This document shows positions 1 to 7,767 of a stretch of 64,000 bases of DNA, piece by piece. Both the position numbers and the translations under genes were made by a program. The number at the start of each line of letters is the position of its first letter. Position 1 is the stretch's first letter. The notes under the pieces are model-generated. The model was not told the DNA's origin. It ran no database searches and was given only the letters and a program-made list of their open reading frames with translations. The stretch spans positions 160,001-224,000 of the forward strand of contig JBBQUR010000004.1 in the NCBI GenBank assembly GCA_038212275.1, in the 5' to 3' direction. This stretch comes from Planctomycetota bacterium. GTDB taxonomy: Bacteria; Planctomycetota; B15-G4.

Positions 1-491
1 CGCTTGCCAACGAGGCACGGGCGCTGGCCGGCATGTCCGGCATTGCGGGCGTCCCGCGCCTGGTGGCTCACTGGCGGAGCGGGCTGATCATGGAATTCGT
101 GCCCGGACGCATGCTGACCGAGCACAAGCGCGGCACGGTTCCCGAGAAGGTCTTCGAGCAGCTCGATCGCATCGTGAGCGCCATCCACGCGGCGCATTTC
201 TCCATCGGCGACGTGCATCGCCGCAACATCCTCGTGGACGAACAAGACCGGGTGCACCTCGTGGACTTCGAGCTGGCGCTGGATCGGCGCCGCGGCATCG
301 GACGCCTGCTCGGTGGGCAGTTCATGCGCCTCGACAGGCTCGCGGCGGCCCGGCAGCGTCAGTACCATGGCGCTCGTCTCGATCCCGCGCAGGCCGAGTT
401 GCTCTCACGGCGGCCCCTGCCGTATCGCGTCTTCAGGAGAGTCAAGCGATGGCTGCGAGCGATGCGTCCACGGGCACGGGCACGGAGGTGA
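1..491 (+). CDS. RIO/Kdo-WaaP-like (protein-kinase-like) phosphotransferase, 5'-truncated by the window
   Basis: LIMEFVPG hinge, IGDVHRRNILV catalytic loop, LVDFELA Mg-binding motif. Confidence 0.7.
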   Translation, partial: LANEARALAGMSGIAGVPRLVAHWRSGLIMEFVPGRMLTEHKRGTVPEKVFEQLDRIVSAIHAAHFSIGDVHRRNILVDEQDRVHLVDFELALDRRRGIGRLLGGQFMRLDRLAAARQRQYHGARLDPAQAELLSRRPLPYRVFRRVKRWLRAMRPRARARR

Positions 492-1105
492 GCGGCAACC
501 CGATCAGCAGGCTGGCACGGAGCGCCAAGAAGCACGGCCTGCTCGGTTCGCTGCGTGTCCTCGTGGCGCTCGGCGTGGTCGTGGCGCTTTTCCTGTTCAG
601 CCAGCCGACGGGCCTGACCGTGGCCATCGGGGCGGTTCTGGTCGCGCTGGGCGAGTCGTACCGGGTGTGGGCTGCCGGGCACCTGCTCAAGTCGCGCGAG
701 CTCGCCGTCAGCGGGCCCTATCGCTATGTGCAGAACCCGCTCTACTTCGGTCGCCTCTGCCTGCTCGCCGGCTTCTCGATCATGGCCTTCATGCCCGCCG
801 AGTTCGGTGGCGTCATGGTGCCGCTCAATGGGGTCGCCCTGCTGATCGGGCTCGCGGTGTTCTTCGGCTACTACCTGCCGCGCAAGCGCCGGGTCGAGGG
901 AGACCGGCTGGCGCGCGCCCACGGCGAGGCCTACGCGGCGTGGACACGCGCGGTGCCGGAGATCATTCCGAGCCTGCGACCCTACGGAACCAACGTGCGG
1001 CGCTGGACGTCCGAGCGCTTCCGGGACAACACCGAGGGCTTGATGGTGGTCTTCGTCATCGTCGTGACCGTGGCCTTCGCGTGGCGGGCCGGCCTCTTCG
1101 GCTGA
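488..1105 (+). CDS. Isoprenylcysteine carboxylmethyltransferase/PEMT-family membrane methyltransferase
   Basis: LAVSGPYRYVQNPLYFG motif, several TM segments, E..L...HGEAY..W...VP tail; GTG start overlaps the upstream stop (GTGA). Confidence 0.8.
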   Translation: MSGNPISRLARSAKKHGLLGSLRVLVALGVVVALFLFSQPTGLTVAIGAVLVALGESYRVWAAGHLLKSRELAVSGPYRYVQNPLYFGRLCLLAGFSIMAFMPAEFGGVMVPLNGVALLIGLAVFFGYYLPRKRRVEGDRLARAHGEAYAAWTRAVPEIIPSLRPYGTNVRRWTSERFRDNTEGLMVVFVIVVTVAFAWRAGLFG

Positions 1106-1260
1106 ACGCCGCGTCGCCCGATCGGGTGACATGACGAGGTAACGGGGAGGTCCGAGCGCCGTCCATCGCTCCGACATGAGCCCGATACCCATCCTGCATT
1201 CGCTGTGCCATCATCTGTCTGGCGATTCGCCGCAGCGCACGGCGACCGGAGCCCGACCGC

Positions 1261-1887
1261 GTGTTCGACTTCATCACCCTCGCGACCATCGGCCTGGCCT
1301 GCGACATCGTCGGTGTGATCTTTCTGTCCAATGCGATGGGCATCCGTCGCCCGCGGCGCTTCATCCTGGAGTTCTTCGGCATCAAGCGGCCGCAGGCGCT
1401 GCGCACTGTGCTCGATCAACTGCGCGCGAAGTCCGAGATCTTCACGGGCTTTCTTTTCCTCATGGTGGGCTTCTCGCTGCAGATCGTGGCGGAGCTCGCG
1501 CCGCAGCTTGGTCCGCCACCAGCCTCCGACAGCCAGTCGATGAGACTGCAACTGCTGGCCTTCGCGACGCTGACGGCTGCGGTGCTGCTGGCCACGGTGG
1601 TGTTGCGACTGCTGTGCCGGAGCTGGAGCCTGGCCTTGTTCCGGCGGTTGATGCGCGAGTTCTTCACGGACCACGCGACGTGGAACTTCGAGAAGCACCC
1701 GGAGATCACGCGCGAGATCGGAGAGATCCTTTCCATCGCGCAACAGCCGGAAGACTCGATCAGCGACTACGCCGGGCGCGTGCGCACGGCGCTGCGGCTG
1801 CCGGTCGTGGCGCGGCCCGCCAGCAGTCCCGCCAGCGATGACGCCTTCGCTCCCGTGCGCAAGGTGGGGGCCGACCGCCGGATCTGA
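1261..1887 (+). CDS. Hypothetical membrane protein (about 3 TM segments)
   Basis: 208-aa ORF with hydrophobic segments and GC3-rich codon usage. Confidence 0.7.
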   Translation: MFDFITLATIGLACDIVGVIFLSNAMGIRRPRRFILEFFGIKRPQALRTVLDQLRAKSEIFTGFLFLMVGFSLQIVAELAPQLGPPPASDSQSMRLQLLAFATLTAAVLLATVVLRLLCRSWSLALFRRLMREFFTDHATWNFEKHPEITREIGEILSIAQQPEDSISDYAGRVRTALRLPVVARPASSPASDDAFAPVRKVGADRRI

Positions 1888-2683
1888 GGACGGCCTCTGC
1901 GGTTCCGCGCGACGCTCTGCAGGCCTGACATGGCCGACCGCAGCCCTCGCCGGCCGGCTTGCTGAACTGCTCGCTGGCCCTGCGGCGGATCTCGGCCAGC
2001 TCCTGCTCCCAGCCGACTGCGTCGCCTGCGGGATGCCGCGGCGTGCTCCGCTGTGCGAGGCCTGCCTGCGAGAGTGCCGGTCGCCCGCCGGACCATGTTG
2101 CCTGCGCTGCGGCGCGCCTTGGACCGTACGGCGGGGAGCATCGGGCTCGTGTGGCCGCTGCCTGCGCTTCGGGCGGGCCTTTGCCTTCGAGACCGCCGTC
2201 GGCCTCTGGCATTACCGCGGTCACGTCCAACTGCTCGTGCACGCCTTCAAGTACCGAGGTCGGCAGGACCTGCTCCAGCCGCTCGGCGAATTGCTGGCCA
2301 GGAATCCGCGCATGGCTGCCGTCACCGGCGGCAGGCAGGCCCCGCTCGTCGTGCCGGTGCCGGCGCGCCGGGCCTCGCGGAGACGTCGCGGCTACGACCA
2401 GGCCGTGGGGCTGGCGCAGGGTTTTGCGCGCGAGGCACGCCTGCCGCTCGATACCGATGCGCTGCGGCGCCGTCGCGAGGAGGGCCCGCAGGCCGGCCGC
2501 TCGCGAGCCAGGCGGCGTCGTCAGGCAGCCGCTGCCTTCCGTGCGCGGCCGGCACGCGTGCAGGGACGGCACGTGATCCTTCTGGACGATGTGCTGTCCA
2601 CGGGAGCGACGGCAGACGCGGCCTCGCGGGCCTTGATCTGCGCCGGGGCGCGGTCCGTGCGCGTGGCCGTGCTGGCCACGTGA
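1838..2683 (+). CDS. comF: ComF-family amidophosphoribosyltransferase-like protein with double zinc ribbon (true start probably further downstream)
   Basis: CVAC, CEAC, CLRC, CGRC Cys pairs; FKY; VVPVP; RGYDQA; ILLDDVLSTGAT PRT motif. Confidence 0.85.
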   Translation: MTPSLPCARWGPTAGSEDGLCGSARRSAGLTWPTAALAGRLAELLAGPAADLGQLLLPADCVACGMPRRAPLCEACLRECRSPAGPCCLRCGAPWTVRRGASGSCGRCLRFGRAFAFETAVGLWHYRGHVQLLVHAFKYRGRQDLLQPLGELLARNPRMAAVTGGRQAPLVVPVPARRASRRRRGYDQAVGLAQGFAREARLPLDTDALRRRREEGPQAGRSRARRRRQAAAAFRARPARVQGRHVILLDDVLSTGATADAASRALICAGARSVRVAVLAT

Positions 2684-2695
2684 GCGGCGCGCCGC

Positions 2696-3397
2696 TCAGG
2701 AGGGCTTGTCGCCCCGGGCCGCCTTGCGCAACTCGTTCATGTCGGCCACGAACTTCGCGATGGCCGCGCTGTCTTCCGGCGAGACCTTGGTGAAGCGCAG
2801 CGTGAGCACCGTACCGGCAGCCGCCTGATCCGACGACTCGATGCGCGCCGACAGGTCGAAGAACTCCTTGCGGTACAGCGGCAGGCGGAATTTGAGCCGG
2901 ACCTCGCGGCCGGGCACGAGCTTGTCCGCCGCCACGGGCAGCTTGCACTCCATGATGTCGGTGTCCAGGCGCCTCAGCCGCGCGACCTGCGGTCGGCTGG
3001 CTTCGGGCGTGTGGATCATGACCGTGCTCTCGCTCTCGCCCTCGAGGTCGATGCCGGCGTTGCCCTCGAGCGCGGCCAGGGCCTTGTCGTCCTCCTCGAA
3101 GATCGAGAAGAGCCGGTCGAGGCCGAGGGACTCCATCGCCTCGCGGACGGCGGGGCTGGGCTGGCTGACCATGAGGTCGCCCTGCGAGGCCTTGCACAGT
3201 TTGCGCGCCTTGATCATGGCGCCCAGCGCGGTGCTGTTCACGAACTTGACCAGGCGCATGTTGAGCACGATGCGGTGGACGCCCTCGGCGTTCACCTTGA
3301 CGATCTCGTTGCTGAACGCCGCGGTGACGAAGGAGTCGAACTCGCCCTTCAGGGTGAGCACGACGATTCCGGACAGATTCTCCTTCAGCACCTTCAT
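2696..3397 (-). CDS. Anti-sigma factor antagonist (STAS) fused to a PilZ-like domain
   Basis: N-terminal LKGEFD...VKFVNSTALG STAS signature; C-terminal beta-rich region ending LRFTKVSPEDSAAIAKFV resembles PilZ. Confidence 0.8.
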   Translation of the reverse strand: MKVLKENLSGIVVLTLKGEFDSFVTAAFSNEIVKVNAEGVHRIVLNMRLVKFVNSTALGAMIKARKLCKASQGDLMVSQPSPAVREAMESLGLDRLFSIFEEDDKALAALEGNAGIDLEGESESTVMIHTPEASRPQVARLRRLDTDIMECKLPVAADKLVPGREVRLKFRLPLYRKEFFDLSARIESSDQAAAGTVLTLRFTKVSPEDSAAIAKFVADMNELRKAARGDKPS

Positions 3398-3639
3398 GCG
3401 AGCTTTACCTCTGTGGCGGGCGCCACGCTGCCGTGTGAATCAGCCGTTCGTCCTCTCGGGACGGCGCGCATTCTGGGGACGACGCGGCACGGGGTCAAGG
3501 ACGGCAAACGTGCGCGCACGTCGCTCAAACCGGCAGCGCCCCCGCACTCGTGAGGGGGTGACCTGCCCGCGCGACCGCGGCGCGCCTGCCGACGGCCCGC
3601 ACAGGCGGGATGGGAGGGCCGCGCTGGTACACTCCACGC

Positions 3640-4998
3640 ATGTCAGGTTTTTTCAGGAAGCGCGAAGCACCACCGTCGCCGGAGCCCGTCAAGACTCCGG
3701 CCGAACCGCCGCTGGGCGACGGCAGTCAGACCATCTACGTCACGGGCGACGCTCGCCGCGACACGGACAGGATCCGCCTGCTCGTGGACAGCCTGCGCGA
3801 GGTCAGCTCAACCGCCGACCCGGATCAGCTGCTCGTCACGATGGTGGACCGCGCCGTGAAGCTGGTGGGCGCCGAGCGCGGCCTGCTGTTCACGGCCACC
3901 AAGGACGGCCGCCCGAAGCTGCGCGTCGGTCGCGATGCAAGCGGCAAGGACCTCCCGCGCCACGCGGCCTTCTCGACCAGGGTCGTCGAGACGGTGCTCG
4001 CGGGCGGCAAGTCCGTCTGCGAGAAGATCGACGCGGCCGGCGACTTCGACCCCAGCCGCTCGATGATCGACCTCAACATCCGCGCGGTCATGAGCGTGCC
4101 GCTCGTGGCGCAGGATCAGCGCCTCGGCGTGCTCTGCGTCGACACGCGCGCCAGCGAGCGGACCTTCTCGCGCAGCGACCTGCGCTACTTCGAGGCCTTC
4201 GCGGACATGCTCGCCATCGTGTGGCTCAATCGCGAGGCGGTGGAGGAGCGCGTGCGTGCCGAACGCATGCGCCAGGACCTGGAGCTGGCGCGCAGCATCC
4301 AGCGCAACCTCGTGCCCGAGCGCCCCCTCGTCTGGGAGGGCTACTCGATGTGCGGGCGCGTGGTCCCGGCCGCGGAGACCGGCGGCGACTACTTCGACTT
4401 CTTCCGCACGCGCGACGACATGCTCGCGATGGCGGTCGGCGACGTGTCGGGTCACGGGATCGGCGCCGCCATGATCATGGCCGCCGCGCGCGCCTACGTC
4501 CGCGCCTTCTGCCAGAGCAGCAGCAGTCCGCGCAGCATCCTGCGGCGCGTGAATCGCGCGCTCGGCCTCGACATCGCGGACGACATGTTCATGTCGATGT
4601 TCCTCTGCGTGCTCGACCCCCGCACGCGCGACTTCTATTACACGAACGCGGGCCAGACGAGTCCGGTGTTGCTGCACGGCGACACGCTCGAGACCGAGGA
4701 CTACCGCGTCACGGGCATGGCGCTCGGCGTCGAGCACGAAATCGACTTCGAGGAGCGCGGCCCGTACCGCCTCAATCCCGGCGACACCGTCGTGATGTTC
4801 AGCGACGGCCTCACCGAGTTGCGCAAGGACGACGAGCAATACGGCCGTGCGCGCGTCATCGAGTCGATCAAGCGGCACGGCCGCGGGACGGCCGAGCAAC
4901 TGCTCGAGGGCGTGTTCGCGGACGCGCTGCAATGGTCGCCGGGCCATGACCTGCACGTGGACGACCTCACCGTGGCCGTGCTGCGCGCGGACTCCTGA
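3640..4998 (+). CDS. GAF-domain SpoIIE/RsbU-family PP2C phosphatase
   Basis: GAF (IRAVMSVPL, LGVLCVD); PP2C motifs GGDYFD, VGDVSGHG, NAGQ, FSDGLTE, DDLT. Confidence 0.92.
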   Translation: MSGFFRKREAPPSPEPVKTPAEPPLGDGSQTIYVTGDARRDTDRIRLLVDSLREVSSTADPDQLLVTMVDRAVKLVGAERGLLFTATKDGRPKLRVGRDASGKDLPRHAAFSTRVVETVLAGGKSVCEKIDAAGDFDPSRSMIDLNIRAVMSVPLVAQDQRLGVLCVDTRASERTFSRSDLRYFEAFADMLAIVWLNREAVEERVRAERMRQDLELARSIQRNLVPERPLVWEGYSMCGRVVPAAETGGDYFDFFRTRDDMLAMAVGDVSGHGIGAAMIMAAARAYVRAFCQSSSSPRSILRRVNRALGLDIADDMFMSMFLCVLDPRTRDFYYTNAGQTSPVLLHGDTLETEDYRVTGMALGVEHEIDFEERGPYRLNPGDTVVMFSDGLTELRKDDEQYGRARVIESIKRHGRGTAEQLLEGVFADALQWSPGHDLHVDDLTVAVLRADS

Positions 4999-5000
4999 GC

Positions 5001-6311
5001 GTGGCGGCCGCGCGGCCCGACGAGCCGGCAGGCGCGCGGACGACGCTCTTCACGGAAGTGGTGCTGCCCGAGCGCGATGCGCGCGAGCACTGGGACGTGC
5101 TCGTCGAAGGGCACTCGATCGTCGCGGTCGAGCGCCCCGGCACGCTGCGCGACGCGGCGCAGCGCATCGAGGGCCGCGGGCGCTGGCTGCTGCCCGGCTT
5201 CATCGACGACCACGTGCACCTGCGCGAGCCGGGCCTCGAGCACAAGGAGGGTTACGAGAGCGGCACGCATGCGGCCGCGGCGGGGGGCATCACCACGCTT
5301 TTCGAGATCCAGAACAACCCGCCGCTCATGAGCAACCGTTCCGCGGTCGAGGCAAAGCTCGCGCTCGTGCGGCCCAAGTCCCTCGTCAACGTGCAGGTCT
5401 ACGGCAGCCTCGTGGACGAGGCGCTTCCCTACGTGGCGGAGATGTCCGCGCTGGTCGCCGGCTACAAGCTCTTCATGGGGCCTTCCACCGGCGGGCTCGA
5501 CATTCGGGGCGAGGAAAGACTGCGCGCGATGTTCGGCGCCGTCGCGCGCACGGGCCACTGGCTTTTCGTGCACGCCGAGGATGGCGACCTCATCGAGGCC
5601 GGCATCGCCGCCTACGGTTCGGCGGGGGCCGCGAAGTTCCATCTCGCGCGGCCGGCCGCGGCCGAGATCAAGGCCGTGCAGGATGCACTGCGGATCGCAG
5701 AGGTCGAGGGCACGCGCCTGCACGTCTTCCACATGTCGACGGGCGGCGCGGTGGATCTCGTGGCCGACGCACGCCGGCGCGGCCGGCCGGTGACGGCAGG
5801 CACGTGCCCGCACTATCTCTACTTCACGCACGCCGACACGGCGCGGCTCGGCACGGTGCTCAAGGTGAACCCTTCCATCAAGTCGGCCGCGGACCGCGAG
5901 CGCCTCATCGAGGGCCTGCGCGACGGCAGCATCGACTGCCTGTCGAGCGACCATGCGCCCCACACCGCAGAGGAAAAGGCGCGGCCATTCTCCAAGGCGC
6001 CGTCGGGAATCCCGTGCCTGGACATCTTCATGCCACTGTGCCTCACGCTCGCGCAGCGCGGCGTGCTTCCGCTGGCCACGGTGCTGGAGCGCGCGACGGC
6101 CGGCCCCGCACGTGTGCACGGCCTGACGCACAAGGGCCGCGTCGACGTCGGCCTCGATGCGGACCTCGTGCTGCTCGACCCCGCGCTGCGTCGCGTCGTG
6201 CACGGAGCCGAGCACTTCTCCAGGGCCAGGCTCACGCCCTACGAAGGCATGGAACTCTCCGGCTGGCCCCAGCTCACGATGGTCATGGGCCGCGTGGTCT
6301 TCGAGCGCTAG
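5001..6311 (+). CDS. pyrC: Dihydroorotase/allantoinase-family cyclic amidohydrolase
   Basis: PGFIDDHVHLREPG, AAAGGITT, VHAED, FHMST, KVNP, SDHAPH. Confidence 0.8.
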   Translation: MAAARPDEPAGARTTLFTEVVLPERDAREHWDVLVEGHSIVAVERPGTLRDAAQRIEGRGRWLLPGFIDDHVHLREPGLEHKEGYESGTHAAAAGGITTLFEIQNNPPLMSNRSAVEAKLALVRPKSLVNVQVYGSLVDEALPYVAEMSALVAGYKLFMGPSTGGLDIRGEERLRAMFGAVARTGHWLFVHAEDGDLIEAGIAAYGSAGAAKFHLARPAAAEIKAVQDALRIAEVEGTRLHVFHMSTGGAVDLVADARRRGRPVTAGTCPHYLYFTHADTARLGTVLKVNPSIKSAADRERLIEGLRDGSIDCLSSDHAPHTAEEKARPFSKAPSGIPCLDIFMPLCLTLAQRGVLPLATVLERATAGPARVHGLTHKGRVDVGLDADLVLLDPALRRVVHGAEHFSRARLTPYEGMELSGWPQLTMVMGRVVFER

Positions 6312-6384
6312 GAGGCGCGCCACCACATTCCTTCCCGATCGCACGGTGGTGCTCGCCGGCGGGACGTCCCGAGAAGATCCACGC

Positions 6385-7644
6385 ATGTCACGCACCGGCC
6401 TCTACAAGTTCCTGATCCTTGCCGCGACAGCCGCGGCATGCGGCGTCGCCGTCTGGTGGAAGCTCCACGCCGGAGCGTCGCCGGCTGCTGTGGTGCCCGC
6501 GCACGATGATGCTCCCGCCGCCGTCGGCGTCAGCGCCAGTACTGGCGACGGCGACGGCGCGCTGCTCTCGCCGGCGGGCATGACGAGCAGTGTCCTCGAC
6601 GAAGAGGCAGCCAAGGCGCTCTTCCGTGGCGTGCGCGAAGGGGCGCGGCAGATGTACGACCCGCTGGCCTATGCGGTGCTGCGGCCCAACGTCACGCAGA
6701 CCTGGCCGTGGCCCGAGCATCCGGACGGCAAGATCGTCTCGCGCACCAACAACATGGGCTTCCGGCGCGACACGCCGACGGCGGAAGCGAAGAGCGGTCC
6801 GCGCATTCTCGTTGTCGGAGACAGCCAGACCGACGGGATGGTGAACAACTCGGAGTCCTTCTGCACGCTCCTCGAGGGGCGCCTCAATGCGGCGTTCAAC
6901 GGAGCGTCGGGCGTCTCGGGCGATTCGGGAAGCAAGGCGATGGCCGTCGGCGGTGCGATGGGGCGTGTCGAGGTCCTGAACGCCGGCGTCGGCAACACGG
7001 GGCCTCACAACTATCTCGGCAGCGTGAAGCGCAACCTGCACCTGAAGCCCGACGTCTGCATCGCCGTGCTCTTCACCGGCAACGACTTCCTCAATGCGCT
7101 CGTGCTCTCCGACTTCTTCACCAAGCGCGAGGCCAGCAAGCCGTCGGGTGCCGCCGGCGAGTCCTATCAGCGCCTCATGCTGGACGCCTACAAGCAGTAC
7201 GGGGCCATCGTCGTGGACCGCTTCAACCAGGCGCTGAAGTTCACGCGCTTCCCGGAAGATGCCGAGCTCGGCCTGCAGGTGTCGATCGACTGCTTCCTGC
7301 AGATGCAGGAGCTCTGCACGAAGCAAGGCATTCCGTTTCTCGCCGTGATCCTGCCCACGAAGCCCGACGTGGATCGCGACGACCGGGAGGCCGTGGCGGA
7401 CGTGCTGAAGGCCTGCGCGCTCACTGACGAGCAGTTCGGCATCAACGCCGAGCTGGGCCGCCGCTTCGCCGCGGCGCTGCGCGCGAAGGGCGTCTCCGTG
7501 CTGGACACGACCGACGCGTTGCGCGCCGCAGGCGACACGCCGCACTACTGGAAGAAGGACTGGCACCTGAATCCCGCCGGCCACGCACTGGTCGCCGGGC
7601 TGCTGCAGGAGGCCGTCGAAGCGCTGCTCGCGTCGACCCGGTGA
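6385..7644 (+). CDS. SGNH/GDSL hydrolase with N-terminal membrane anchor
   Basis: VVGDSQT, NAGVG, GNDF, DWHLN blocks; TNNMGFR motif. Confidence 0.85.
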   Translation: MSRTGLYKFLILAATAAACGVAVWWKLHAGASPAAVVPAHDDAPAAVGVSASTGDGDGALLSPAGMTSSVLDEEAAKALFRGVREGARQMYDPLAYAVLRPNVTQTWPWPEHPDGKIVSRTNNMGFRRDTPTAEAKSGPRILVVGDSQTDGMVNNSESFCTLLEGRLNAAFNGASGVSGDSGSKAMAVGGAMGRVEVLNAGVGNTGPHNYLGSVKRNLHLKPDVCIAVLFTGNDFLNALVLSDFFTKREASKPSGAAGESYQRLMLDAYKQYGAIVVDRFNQALKFTRFPEDAELGLQVSIDCFLQMQELCTKQGIPFLAVILPTKPDVDRDDREAVADVLKACALTDEQFGINAELGRRFAAALRAKGVSVLDTTDALRAAGDTPHYWKKDWHLNPAGHALVAGLLQEAVEALLASTR

Positions 7645-7767
7645 GCGCGCACCGAACCACGCACCGAACCCGGGCCGCATCGCGCCGTCGCTTGCGATGC
7701 GGGAGCGTGCGAGGGACATCGAGCAAGGACTCAGGAAGTCTTCCAGGCAAGTCCGTTCGTGGCGTCG

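Noticed and set aside
3500..3560. c-di-GMP-I riboswitch-like GGCAAAC start near the STAS-PilZ gene
   Set aside because: No GNRA tetraloop and receptor, and no GACGCAAA or second stem
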